Source: Octopus bimaculoides
Lineage: Eukaryota
Assembly: GCF_001194135.2 (NCBI RefSeq)
Contig: NC_068986.1
Coordinates: 71,168,833 to 71,216,890, forward strand
Reading direction: 5' to 3'
DNA length: 48,058 bases
The position numbers were made by a program, and so were the translations under genes. Positions 22,519 to 35,773 of this stretch are shown piece by piece. A model generated the notes under the pieces. That model saw only the letters and a program-made list of their open reading frames with translations, made no database searches and was not told where the DNA came from. Position 1 is the stretch's first letter. The number at the start of each line of letters is the position of its first letter.

Positions 22519-23319
22519 GTATATTATTATTATGTACGGATAAAAGTTAGAAATTAGAAGTTAAAAATCATATTAAAAATAAAAATTACAAATATATTTT
22601 TAAAAATATTAAATATTTACTGTACAATTAAGATATATATTGAAAATGCTCTACCTACGGAAATTATTAACGATTAAATTACAAACATATCAAATCATAT
22701 AATATATCGAAATAAATATTATAGAAATTAATAATTTAGTGTAAAATGTACCCCTGTCAATACTAGTATAATAAAACATATTTTATGTCAAATGTGAGTT
22801 AATAGTCTAGAATAAAGGTTAATTAGTAAATACAATTACTTACGTCAGAAACTTAGTGAATAAAAGTAGTAAAAAAGTAAAAAAAGGTAGATTACTTTCC
22901 GACATAAGGTTTAATCCTGCTAGTCCAAGTGCAAATGGCGGCTCCCACTGTCAGACTCTAAGTATTACGGGAATCGGGTATGACATAAAACAATAAAATA
23001 AAATACTATGAAAAATACTCTAAAAATGATAATATTATAAAAGAAGTTGAATTCAAGGGGAGAAAATAACTAGAAATAGGCTATAATCGTAAAACTAGCT
23101 ATAAATAGATTTTTTAAATGTAGATTTTAAGATTTATGTAAATGTGGCATGTCTATTCATTTAAAGGGTAATGTTGTTTAATAAATTCTTAGTTCTTAGA
23201 ATATACGTATATAATACTACTATAAATACTATTAAAACTTCTAGTAACTATATTCATCATAAGTGTGTGGAGATGATATGCTGGGGACTTTTTTTTATTA
23301 TTTTATATATTTTTCATTT

Positions 23320-24640
23320 TATACGGAAAGCTATTCCTATATCGGCATTTTATTCTTCTCTCTTCATTACTGTTTAATAATAACTCTCTCGACTGGAGTA
23401 TTTTCATAAACTCCATTGTACATAATAAGTACGATTTGTTACCTATTTTATATGAGTTCGCTCTACAAATGATATACCAATTAAGGGTGTATTCTATTCT
23501 ATCCTATTAGATTTTAACTCCGATATGTATTTACTTTGACCTGTCGAATTTTTTTAATTTGGAATTTCTGAAAGACTGATAATGCTGGGAAATTCTTCTT
23601 TTAATTTCGTTCGCTGTGGATCCAATATATTCTTTATTGTTAATATTGTTATTATTATTATTAGAGGTTACTATACATTTATAAATTACGTTATCTAGAT
23701 TGCAATCATTATTAAGCCTACATTTGGATTTGTCTTTACATGTGCATTTATTTAAAATATGTTTATATTTATTGTTTGTGATAGTTCTGCTGTAGCTATG
23801 GTCAATATTATTATTATAAAACTTGTTTAATTTGAAATTGTTTATTGAGGATATAATATTACTTACATTCCTTGTTGTAGAATAGCCCACTCTGATAATT
23901 TTATTGGAGAATATTTTTGAGTACGTACTGTTCTTTTTACAGGATGCTTTTATTATGTTCAAAATTTCTTTAAAAATCTTAGTTTTAATTTGTTCCACAT
24001 CAATGATAATTAGCCATATAATTTCCTTATTATGTTTATTTTTATTGTTATTATTATTATTACTATTATTGTAATTATTATTATTATTTTTCATCGTTGT
24101 CAGTGTATTCTTCGTGGGTATATAATAATTATGCTCACCATTTCTATTCAAATTATTTTTAGTATTAACCTTACTATAATTATTATTATTTTTACTTAGA
24201 CGAATATTATAATTATCATTATTTATTTCCTTATATTGTTTATTATTATTATTATTATTACTTCTATAATTAGTTTGAAAGTTAGATGATTACTAGTATT
24301 ATTATTGAGTTCGTAATTAAAGAATTTAATTTTTGAATTATAGCCTGATTCTTTTAATGCACTATTATAGTAAGAGGTATATTTATTGAAAGTATCAATA
24401 TCCGAGGATAACATAGAAATTCTTTTACCAATATTGTCTATTAATGCTTTTTTAACTGAGCTAGGATGGTTACTATGGGCGTTAATGTACTTAAGGTTCT
24501 CGCTTAACTTATGGAATGGGTGGGTTTTATTAGTTAAGTTTAGGTTTGCATCTAGGTAGTTAAGCGTAGAATGTTCTTTCTCTATAGAGATATCTAAACC
24601 ATAATTCTTAAAGAAGGGTATTTCACGAGTCATGAATGTA
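23320..24640 (-). mobile_element. Penelope-like element (RT C-terminus + GIY-YIG), Asn-rich linkers
   Basis: LNYLDANLNL, KYINAHSNHPSSVKKAL, RISMLSSD, ALKESGY, CTCKDKSKCRLNNDCNLDNVIYKC, YIGSTANEIKRRISQHYQSFR, LCTME...LLNSNEE.RIKCRY. Confidence 0.92.
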
Positions 24641-24815
24641 ATCTTACGTGTTCATCTTACGAGTTCCCTCGCTTGTTTATGACTTTTAGGTGTTTTAACA
24701 TCTGGCGTCATGAAGGAGTCTCCTCTCAAGCGCTATGCCACAACAAACCGCGGAATCAAGAAAAATCATACACTGAGTATGTGCGGTCGATAATGTTTAT
24801 AATACTAACGCTGCT

Positions 24816-24849
<34 letters not shown>

Positions 24850-25417
24850 TGTATGTATGTATGTATGTATGTATGTATATAATGTTCTAGCATGGCTTCA
24901 GTCAAATGACTGAAGCAAGTAAAAGAATAAGAGAATAAAAGAAAATATAAGTAAAGTTAATCACCATATCAATATGGCTGTTCAATGTTACTACCATTGT
25001 AACCTCAGGCAGACCTTCCGCTAGCTGGTTATAAGTATATAACCTGTATATATTGCAAGCATGGGAGCGAACCTCTACCATTCTCCAGCAGGCGACGGAA
25101 TCGCGAGCAGTAGTTATTAAGATACTCAGGATTTGGGGTATAAATACCCAAAATAGTGCATAATGTGAAAATGTTCCGAATTTAACTTTATCTTGAAAGG
25201 GAAGAAACTCTAACCTTTCGATTAGATTGATTTGACAACGGAAAAATACTTGTTCTTTTTTTACAGTAAATATATATACATACAGCCTTCGACAGAGTAA
25301 CATTCTTATATACAACTTGAACACACACACATATCAGTACATAAACATATGTTTAATAATACATACACATACGCACAGACGTCTTCACACTTACATACGT
25401 AAATGGTCATATACATG

Positions 25418-25448
<31 letters not shown>

Positions 25449-25891
25449 GCGTATATGCGTGTATACATGCATACGCATGTACACGCCTGCATTCGTACAT
25501 GCATACATGTACACATGCATACATACATACATACATACATACATACATACATAAACACATATATCATGAACTTTGTAACCTCGGTGTGAAATACTTTTTT
25601 TTCCCTAGGTTTCTTTTCGAGTGCGTTCAATGTTATCTCGTCTCCAGAGATTTGGCTGTTATTTCTACGAAGCCTTGCTACTACGTAACAGCTATTTGCG
25701 ATAAAGGATCCAACATACCAATTACATGGTAGCAGGGCGTGCAAGAAATAGCAGTGAAATCTTTCCTTTTGGGGGTGGGGAAAGGAGCCGTTTACGCGTG
25801 ATTTCGATGTCACATTCGTGGAAAGCATGCGAAACAACCTGGAAAAGAAAAAAACCACGAAACTAAAGTCCGTTGCTGGGAAAATTAGTTT

Positions 25892-25923
25892 CCCGGTGAC
25901 CTAACGGGTCACGGGCAGTCTAG
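25892..25923 (+). mobile_element. Helitron 3' terminus (5' end not defined)
   Basis: Hairpin CCCGGTGACC-TAAC-GGGTCACGGG followed by CAGT-CTAG|T. Confidence 0.6.
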
Positions 25924-27351
25924 TCTAGNNNNNNNNNNNNNNNNNNNNNNNNNNNNNNNNNNNNNNNNNNNNNNNNNNNNNNNNNNNNNNNNNNNNNNNN
26001 NNNNNNNNNNNNNNNNNNNNNNNNNNNNNNNNNNNNNNNNNNNNNNNNNNNNNNNNNNNNNNNNNNNNNNNNNNNNNNNNNNNNNNNNNNNNNNNNNNNN
26101 NNNNNNNNNNNNNNNNNNNNNNNNNNNNNNNNNNNNNNNNNNNNNNNNNNNNNNNNNNNNNNNNNNNNNNNNNNNNNNNNNNNNNNNNNNNNNNNNNNNN
26201 NNNNNNNNNNNNNNNNNNNNNNNNNNNNNNNNNNNNNNNNNNNNNNNNNNNNNNNNNNNNNNNNNNNNNNNNNNNNNNNNNNNNNNNNNNNNNNNNNNNN
26301 NNNNNNNNNNNNNNNNNNNNNNNNNNNNNNNNNNNNNNNNNNNNNNNNNNNNNNNNNNNNNNNNNNNNNNNNNNNNNNNNNNNNNNNNNNNNNNNNNNNN
26401 NNNNNNNNNNNNNNNNNNNNNNNNNNNNNNNNNNNNNNNNNNNNNNNNNNNNNNNNNNNNNNNNNNNNNNNNNNNNNNNNNNNNNNNNNNNNNNNNNNNN
26501 NNNNNNNNNNNNNNNNNNNNNNNNNNNNNNNNNNNNNNNNNNNNNNNNNNNNNNNNNNNNNNNNNNNNNNNNNNNNNNNNNNNNNNNNNNNNNNNNNNNN
26601 NNNNNNNNNNNNNNNNNNNNNNNNNNNNNNNNNNNNNNNNNNNAAATTTGTATACACAAATTAAACCTGTGCCATGAAGGAATGTAGTGGCGGACAAAAA
26701 ACAAGACAGGAAAACAAACGGAAAAGGCTATACGGCCAGACGTGAAAAATTATGTGTACATGAACGCTGTGAGGCACGAACTTGAAAGTGGGGACGAAGT
26801 AAGTTCGCGTGTTTGCTCGGCGATAGCCAAGGAAGAAAAGGATTAGTGACCGGAAGCATGTGACCATGCAGGGCTAAGGGAGGGAGAGAGAGAGAGAGTG
26901 GTAGAGGGAGAAACAAAGGGAAGAAGTAGAAGAATAGGTGAGCAACGAGAGAAAGAGAGGAATATAGTGGTAACAGAATGAAGTACGAGGGGGTGGGGAG
27001 GAGATACGTAGTAGTAACAGAGGAAGAACGAGTGGGGGAAAAAGTGATAGAGAAAGAGATAGAGTAGCGTCAGAAAATATAAAGTAGAAATAACTACTTA
27101 CAACATTGATGGCGCTGGCGTTCGGTCATGTAAAAACAAATAATAAATGAGTATATGCATATATACGGACAGGTATGTGNNNNNNNNNNCGGACAGGTAT
27201 GTACATACCTACATCTACCTGTATATATAGGTGCATATCTGGGTACAGGATATTGCAAACAAAACGTAGACAAGAAAATAATAATAACCAGAGTACAGAA
27301 AACACACAAGCCACATTGAGAACATATACATATATGTATATGTTGTATTTA

Positions 27352-27548
27352 TGCGTCTGTGTTTGTCCCCCACCACATGACATGACAATCAACGTTCGTG
27401 TGTTTATGTCCCAGTAACTGAGCGGTTCGTCAAAAGAGGCCGATAGGATCAGTGCTAGGCTTACAAAGAATAAGGACTTGGGTCGATTTGTTCGACTAAA
27501 GGCGGCGATCCAGTATGGCCGCAATCAAATGACTGAAACAAGTAAAAT
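27352..27548 (+). mobile_element. SINE family A, 3' half
   Basis: tctgtgtttgtccc..ctaggcttacaaagaataag..gggtcgatttgttcgactaaaggcgg..caaatgactgaaacaagtaaaa aligns with 44940-45130. Confidence 0.8.
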
Positions 27549-27594
27549 AATAAAAGAACATATATATGTATACACACGTACCTACATATTCCTA

Positions 27595-27652
<58 letters not shown>

Positions 27653-27899
27653 GAAGTATATGTATATACATATACATCTAACCACACTTATACATACATA
27701 CGCACATACATACACATACATACATTACTACATACATACATGCATACATAAATACATACATATATACATACATACGTACATACATTCATACATGCATACA
27801 TACACGAGCTCACATATCAATACACGCAATAACACTACACATCCACATACATACTTACAAATAATATCAGTATCCACCAGAACTATTTAAATATATCTT

Positions 27900-28535
27900 T
27901 TATCTTCTATCTTTCACTGGTTTCAGCCCGGGGCTGAGGTCATGCTGGTGCACCACCTGTAGTTACTCGGTGTTGTATTGCTTCCGGTATTGTTTTGGGT
28001 GAAGTAGCGAGCCGGACGGAGCTGCTCTTCTTTGCGTCTCCTGCCACGATGTGGTTTCATCTGGTATCTCAGATAGAAACCTGTCCAGATGTTCCTTGAA
28101 AACTTGCTCATCAACACCATGTCGATCTCTAAGGTTGCCTGGCAGGATGTTGAGTAATTGTGGGCCCTTGAAACCCAGACTATTGCAGTATTGTGTACTT
28201 ATTTTAGATGGGGAAGACAGGATCTTTGGTATGATGCAGTGCCGTCCAGTTCGAGGATTGGTATAGCTGTCAGTTCCAAAACTGGGATCTAAACCCTCCA
28301 AGATCTTCGAAATATACATCACCGCATATCTCTCTCGTCTTCTCTCCAGGGAATAGAGACTCAGCTCCTTTAGCCTCTCCCAGTAGCCCATCTTTTGCAT
28401 CGAGTCAATCTTCTTTGTGTATTGGCGCTGGATTGCTTCGAGTTCCACAGTTTGTTTCACACTCTCTGGAGACAATAGTTGAGAGCAGTAGTCCAAACGG
28501 CTGAGAACGAAAGTCTTCCAACCGTACATACATCT
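27900..28535 (-). mobile_element. 5'-truncated CR1/L2-group LINE (RT C-terminus and 3' end)
   Basis: KTFVLSRLDYCSQL.SP...LEAIQRQYTK..YWERLKELSLYSLERRRERY....KILEGL is the characteristic CR1/L2-type thumb region. Confidence 0.9.
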
Positions 28536-30349
28536 TTAAAACCACCACATTACTATACTTATACATATACATCGCTTATACTAAAACTTCACTCATTCAT
28601 GCCACATCAAATAGGGATATACAAATATATGTATGTATCAATGCACACAATAACTTAAGCGATAAACCACACCTATTCTCACCCGTATGCATCAGATGTT
28701 ATGTGGCCTTACAGATCAAATAAATAAAATTGAATAAAGCAATAAATAATAAAAAATAAATACATAAAAATATATAAAATAACTAAAGAAAATAAAAGCA
28801 AAAGAAAGGAAAATACAAAAAATATATGAGAAATAAAAAGTTATTAAAAATTATAAAGATAAAAAATAAATGAAATATATACGCAAAAATATGTATATAT
28901 ATATATATATATANNNNNNNNNNNNNNNNNNNNNNNNNNNNNNNNNNNNNNNNNNNNNNNNNNNNNNNNNNNNNNNNNNNNNNNNNNNNNNNNNNNNNNN
29001 NNNNNNNNNNNNNNNNNNNNNNNNNNNNNNNNNNNNNNNNNNNNNNNNNNNNNNNNNNNNNNNNNNNNNNNNNNNNNNNNNNNNNNNNNNNNNNNNNNNN
29101 NNNNNNNNNNNNNNNNNNNNNNNNNNNNNNNNNNNNNNNNNNNNNNNNNNNNNNNNNNNNNNNNNNNNNNNNNNNNNNNNNNNNNNNNNNNNNNNNNNNN
29201 NNNNNNNNNNNNNNNNNNNNNNNNNNNNNNNNNNNNNNNNNNNNNNNNNNNNNNNNNNNNNNNNNNNNNNNNNNNNNNNNNNNNNNNNNNNNNNNNNNNN
29301 NNNNNNNNNNNNNNNNNNNNNNNNNNNNNNNNNNNNNNNNNNNNNNNNNNNNNNNNNNNNNNNNNNNNNNNNNNNNNNNNNNNNNNNNNNNNNNNNNNNN
29401 NNNNNNNNNNNNNNNNNNNNNNNNNNNNNNNNNNNNNNNNNNNNNNNNNNNNNNNNNNNNNNNNNNNNNNNNNNNNNNNNNNNNNNNNNNNNNNNNNNNN
29501 NNNNNNNNNNNNNNNNNNNNNNNNNNNNNATATATATATCAAGACGCACAAACTATATTATAATTATAAAAATTACAATTATAAAAATAGAAAAACTACA
29601 AAGCGGAGGCTTAAGAAAAATTAAGGCCACTGTCCCAGATATATGTATGAGATAAATTATAAACATGGTAAGGGTATTACGGATGTTGTAAGAATTAGAA
29701 GTATACAATAGATATCAAAATGATAAGAAGCAGAATGTACATATCTATTATCTATTATAAATTATAAATAATAAATTTTAAATTCTAAATATAAATTTAA
29801 ATATCCATATTAATAATCAATATTAATATTATATCACGTCAAATCAGTATTATAAGCATATGAAAGCTCAAATATAAAGATATTTAAGATTATATACCGC
29901 GGAAAACTATACGTTGAAAGACGGAATATATAATATAATAATATAAGATAAGGATTTCAAGTTTATAAATAAGCTTAATGAACCCATTATATTAAAATAA
30001 AGGACAAAATAAAACACAAGGCGGAAAGAAAATAAGACAAGAGAAGGCTAAATTTGCAAAGAACACCAAATAAGACCTGTGTATAAATAAATGTTCATGC
30101 AATAAATAAAAACTGTCAAGTGATCAAGGGTCCAGACGAAATTAGAGTCAATCAGCACGGTGATTATACAAATGTAACGGGTATATTATAACAATCAACT
30201 GTAACCAAATATGTGGGAAGACAGGTCAGATATGTGACCTGCATACGTAGGTAATTATGTTCGAAGAGCAGGGATAAGAGGTGCAAGAGAATAGGGTGAT
30301 CGGTAGTGGTTAAACACCAAGGGACTAGGGGAATATGTAAGCTGTTTAA

Positions 30350-30790
30350 AGTATTTCAATGTGCGACGAATTTTATGAATACACGATAATCAATGTTCCC
30401 ATCTACTATTAAGTAAGTTCTCATTATCTTTATTCTTTAATATTCCGTATAGCTCAGTGCAGCGTAGTTTGCATCCATATCTGTTATTAGAATACAGTCG
30501 AGCCCCACAAATGATGTTCTATATAATAGCAAATTTAACATTATTGTCCTTAAGATGCCAAATTTTCATAGATAATGAGGTATTATTGGCCTTGTGTGTG
30601 TCGTAACGAGGAAAGATGGATGCGCAATCTCGCCTTGAAGTCACAAAAACAACCTATGTAGGTAAATGCATTAGTGTCAGCTATAGTATACATATTCTTA
30701 GTTAAACAGTCTCCTCTAAGTGGACAATTCATTTTATCGCGACTATTGCAATTATTAGGGGTCACCTTGTTGTTATTATATGCCTCATAG
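30350..30790 (-). mobile_element. Penelope-like GIY-YIG fragment
   Basis: NCNSRDKMNCPLRGDCLTKNMY..FTYIG..DFKARLRIHLSSLRH, then TSLSMKIWHLKDNN..CKLRCTELY.ILKNK..LLNSR..SCIH. Confidence 0.85.
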
Positions 30791-32101
30791 CCAATATTGT
30801 TAACTTTTATATTATTGTGAGTATTACTAGTAATGCCAACGTAGTTACCATGGACGCTAATAAAGACTTTGTTTACCTCATTTATGCTGTTATCATTTTA
30901 CGCATACCAAGGCCATCGATCGCCCCGTTATGATTCATCCCACTAGGAATTTTATAACTAAAATAACTAATATCATTATAGTCACGAGGCAGCAGGTCAG
31001 GGGGCACTAAAATGGCAGCCTGCTTCCCAGTTTCATTAACTGCATACGGAGTGTTTACACTATTTGATATTATCCAGTTGGTAGTACAAAGGCGTAGGAA
31101 GGTAAAACCATGATTCAACCAAGTGTAGGTCATGACTCCTGCCGGTATGTGCACTCGAGCGTGATAATCCAAAGCTGTCGTTACTTACAGTTCCAAGCAG
31201 TCCATTGCTACTACTACTACTAGTATTAAGTACAATCCCATTCATACCACTGGTACGGATGGGGTGCTACGATTAGAGGTAGCATTATTCTGGCTAGCAT
31301 TAAGGGACAACTTCGAATATATGTTACTCTTGTTATTTTTATTTTTATGTTCTACTGTTATTTCATAGTTACGGGCTAATACAATATTTCGTTTATTCAA
31401 ACCCGCCATTATCGAGTTTCGATTTGGGAGGGTGGAGTATGAAACCCTAACTTTCCTTCTAGAGGAGATACGGCTGTATCTGTGCGCGGGCGGGGGCTGT
31501 GAGTGAAATTCTTCTCTAATATCTGGAAGGACTGACCCTCTTCCAAATTTGGCAATACAATGCTCCTACTTCCACCCCTTTGTCACCTGTCTTCATTTGT
31601 TCTCTATTCTACTGACATGTTTCTATCTTCTCCCATCTTCCCCATACAATAGCCATTCTTTCAGTGCTCTGCTTGTTATAACGAGAAATAGCTGATGAAA
31701 GTAGCATTAATTTTCTTAGCTCGTTCAATTTTCTTCAAGTGACCAATGAAGCGATTGAGTAAACTTATCAATAATGTACCTATAATGACTATTGGAAACA
31801 GTTGTAAGCCAAATTTGCTCCAATAAAGGAAAAATATGTAATGACCATTATTTTTAAACTTGTTTCTTATATATCACTATGTGTAAAAACGAGTTTGTCT
31901 TGAACCCATCCACGGATTTCCTATATAGAATTGTGATGAACCATAACCTTGGATCCTACCACAGGATTACCTAGAGTTCTTCACTAATCTAAGTCATATT
32001 GTTAGCCTGGTGTGTCAATAGAGAGCTTATGAATTATTTTGTCCAGGTTGAAAATCCCTTACTATTTGTTCTCTCTCTCTTTCTCTCTCACTCTCTCTCT
32101 A

Positions 32102-32184
<83 letters not shown>

Positions 32185-32295
32185 TTGTGTGTGTATATAT
32201 ACATGTATGTATTTATATATATGTGTGTGTATATATGTGCATACATGCGTACATCCACTTATGTATTTTATAATTTAATTCTGGTAACATTTTAG

Positions 32296-32349
32296 GCGAA
32301 AGACATGCATCTTTTATTCGGAGAACTCAATTGGTTTGTAACATATCTG
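32296..32349 (+). CDS. iGluR/IR-like 54-nt exon (ATD), absent from the ORF track
   Basis: cattttAG|GCG...CTG|GTaagt; phase 0-0; AKDMHLLFGELNWFVTYL occupies the position of the 'A..LGM....YHYI.T.L' segment that follows VLKK in iGluR ATDs. Confidence 0.85.
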
Positions 32350-34421
32350 GTAAGTTACCGAATTTTTTTGATTAAATTTCCTTTAAATGTTTGATATTAG
32401 TGATTTTGGATGTGCCAAATTGATGGCTATTGTAATCGTTCATGTAAGAAAAATTCTTATATTTATAGTTTGTTTTACTAAAAAGAAGTATGTTTATTGC
32501 TTAGTGGATTTACGGCATCGGGACAGGCATTAAAATTTAGCGTATACATAAATTCTTCTTTTCAATATATCTATTATATTTTTTTATATCACATTATAGT
32601 TGCTTATATGTTTGTAATCAACATATTCCTCAGTTTCTCTACAATATACAGTTAAAGAAGCACATATGTAAATATACAGCAGTACAGACATCCTTAGTCA
32701 TAGAGGAGCTAAGGTGTTTGAAAAATCGGAGTATTCAACAGTCTGTTATTTTATATTTCAAAGTTTAATTACGACTTGTTAGAGATGTCATCCAAAATTC
32801 TGAAGAGACCAGAAGTAACTTCTATTTTCAAGATGAAACTTCATGTAAATTGTAAACCCAAATTTTCCGTGCAAGAAGAACAGAATTTCCTGTCATGTAC
32901 TCACGAGAATATTCTTGTCAGGACTTTTCAGCGGAGTGCGCAGTGTACACTGATTTCTATGAGTCCTTAGAGATAATAACAAGGGAAAGTTGTTGCACTT
33001 CTGCGCATGGGTTTCGGAAAGAATGTAGATGTTGGACATATCAGCTTTTAAAAACTCAATGATAAGACTTATGTACGTTCTGCGAATGTTGTTGATGATA
33101 ACTCTACATTGCTATGCAATATTACTTTCAAGATATTTAGAGTTAAGCGAGTACAAACTGGGCTTACTGAAATTGCAGCCCATATAGGTTTGGTTGATAT
33201 CTCTGTCATAGGTTATGTTAGTAGGGTTGCTATCCCTACGTTGGGGGATATTGTTATTTTTGAAGTGAGTGCCAGTGGTGCAATTGATTGTTTTGTTAAT
33301 ATTAATATTATGGTGTATCCTTGTAAAGAGTTGCTAGTTACGTGGCTGTTATCATTATCATTGGCACTACTGTTATCATTATTATTGGCACACACACATA
33401 CACACACACACATTCTCTCTCCTATTCTTTCTCTCTCTCATCCACAGTTGTTTTAATATCTGCGACTAATTTACTGTCTTCTTTTTCAATGACTCTTTTA
33501 GATTTTTTTTACTAGATTTAAAAACCTTTTCTTTGCTAACCCATATGGATTATTTGATACCAAATCAATTCTACTTACCACCCTCCAAGCCAATCCACTT
33601 CAAAGATTTAATTACATAGATGATCTCGCCGAGTTTTCTTACACATGTTGTAACTACATGTGGCCTCTTAATCCCCCGATTATCTATAGAAAAACATAGA
33701 TATAGAAAGAGGAGTATGTCCCTCGATTAAGAGGCTAGAAATAGTTCTTCGTCTGTATATTTCTCCATTTACATACCTCTTTCCATTGTGTCTTTCTATT
33801 GATATATTTTCGACTCTACTTAGCTCCCACAGCCTCAGTAAATAGTACGCTTTTATTCTGATAAAATAACTAATATAACACCTTAGTTATTGTTTATATA
33901 AAGCCTCCAGAGACATTCGGTTTCAGTGAATTACTATCTAGGTTATATATGCATATTCATCTCTATTATACAAACAACCCCACTCACTTTGCTCTCCTTA
34001 AATTGCGTAGTATTTTACCTTGTTTCTCAAACTCGTCCATACTACTATTTTGAAAACCATATGATTTCTTGTTACCAAGATATTCTCGAAAGAGATGTTT
34101 CCAGACTCTGAATTTAATATTTATTTCCGTTTTGCTTTTCTCCAATACATTTGCATGAGTACTTCTCCGTGGAATTTTAAGTCCCTTTGCAAAGGCAAAT
34201 AGCGATCTGTAATATCAGATGAAATGATTATAAATCATAGAGATAAACTATATGATCATATATACATGCATATATGTGCATGTGTGTGTATATGTGGGTG
34301 GGTGTGTGGGTGTGCACGCACGTGTGTTGTGCGCTTGCGTATGAGAGTGCAAAGCAATACACATTTAAGTCATCATTTTAGCATTCTTTTAATATCTTTC
34401 TGAAGGTAAAGAAATATAGGT

Positions 34422-34501
34422 GTGAGAATATATTATTGAGGTGTCATGGTGAGAATATATTATTGAGGTGTCATGGTGAGAATATATTATTGAGGTGTCA
34501 T
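34422..34501. repeat. 27-bp unit x3 perfect tandem repeat
   Basis: GTGAGAATATATTATTGAGGTGTCATG repeated three times (the last copy lacks the final G). Confidence 0.95.
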
Positions 34502-35229
34502 AGGTCTCTGACCACGTCGTCACGATGGCTCACAACTGTTTTTAAGCGGTAACAAGAGATATAATTTTGTTCTATCGGTGTACTGCACGTTAGATGGAGG
34601 AATAATAGAAAGTAATTCTATTATACAGGCATTGAAAATGGTTCCAATTAAGAATCTTCATTTCAAGAAGACACTGCAAGTGCCAGGTCATTTATATAAA
34701 TATTTTTCGCCATCACATGCACAATAGCTTGTGGAGTAGATGTGAAGATGCAATTATGTATTACTAAAAGCATACATTTCTGTAACACGAATGATTAATT
34801 GGATAGTAAATGTGAAAATGCCTCATCAATATTTTCCTGAAGTATTTTAATCTAATTTGATGGGACACAGCCGAAAGTTTCCAATAAAATAAACGCGAAT
34901 ATAGGTTCCATTTTCAATTGCATCATCAGTAACATAAATGTTATAAGAGAAACATTTGCGTTTTCCCTTCCCTCTAAATATCTAATTTCATGTGTTATTA
35001 AGAAATGATATTTTTGTTCTGATGATAATGGAAATCATTAAATTAATTACACATTATACATGATATCTAATTCATAATTTAGCCATATTTGGAGATATTA
35101 TGTGAGCAGTGGACTTTACGTGATGTCGACCTACTAGAAAATAGATAGTTGCTTGAAATTAATACATCTAAGAAAACATAGTTTCATTACCACTATTTTA
35201 AAAATTAAATATATTTAATTTAATTTTAG

Positions 35230-35320
35230 AATTTTCGTGCCCTTGAAAGTACGATTTCTGATAAATCTTTGACCAATATTTATGGATTGGAACTAGTCAA
35301 TGAATCGATGATTCCAAAAG
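35230..35320 (+). CDS. iGluR/IR-like exon (ATD), absent from the ORF track
   Basis: taattttAG|AAT...AAAG|GTtagt; phase 0-1; NFRALESTISDKSLTNIYGLELVNESMIPK (compare 'N.TG..L'); supplies exactly the phase change needed between its neighbours. Confidence 0.85.
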
Positions 35321-35642
35321 GTTAGTAAGTATAACTTTCATGTTTAGAATCAGCAGAAAATATATTTCTAAATAATATATTTTGATTAATTTAGATATTA
35401 TAGATTTGTTACATATGATGGTTTTGATTGAGCACATGCAAAATTTTTAACCACCTTAATATAAATGCTCTTGCATCAAATATTTGTGTTATTTTAATTA
35501 TTAAATATAATTAGATTTAATTATACTTCACGCATAATAAATTAAACTAATTAAACTTCACGCATAATAAATAACTGAAAATGTCATTTACCCGTTATTT
35601 TATGAAATTTGATTTTTAACTATTTTTATTTTTATTATTTAG

Positions 35643-35773
35643 AAATAATCTCAGACCACCCTGAAAAGTCAATATTAGATATTGCTGTGACAGTAGATTT
35701 AATTAACATACTTTTACACATCAGTGGTAGAAAATGTCAGACTAAGCCAGAACCTGAAAAGTTTAACAAAATG
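35643..35773 (+). CDS. iGluR/IR-like exon (ATD), absent from the ORF track
   Basis: long T-rich tract then AG|AA...ATG|GTaagt; phase 1-0; EIISDHPEKSILDIAVTVDLINILLHISGRKCQTKPEPEKFNKM (compare 'A..YDAV' helix and Cys loop). Confidence 0.85.

Noticed and set aside
27160-27203. CGGACAGGTATGT duplicated across a 10-N gap
   Set aside because: Probably contig-overlap artefact at a scaffold join.
31416-31466. GTTTCG...CTTCTAGAGG resembling an antisense hammerhead
   Set aside because: Two core substitutions (CTCTAGA) and a poor stem II.
32796-32851. AATT-CTGAAGA-G...GAAAC-TTCAT-GTA-AATT hammerhead-like string
   Set aside because: Core and short stems I/III fit, but stem II does not close next to GAAA; may be chance in AT-rich DNA. 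A covariance-model score would decide.
33109-33456. 115-aa hydrophobic ORF inside an intron
   Set aside because: Low-complexity sequence, no recognisable motifs, no splice compatibility with the receptor model.
34422-34501. Possible CRISPR-like array
   Set aside because: Repeats are contiguous without spacers, the context is eukaryotic and there are no cas genes.
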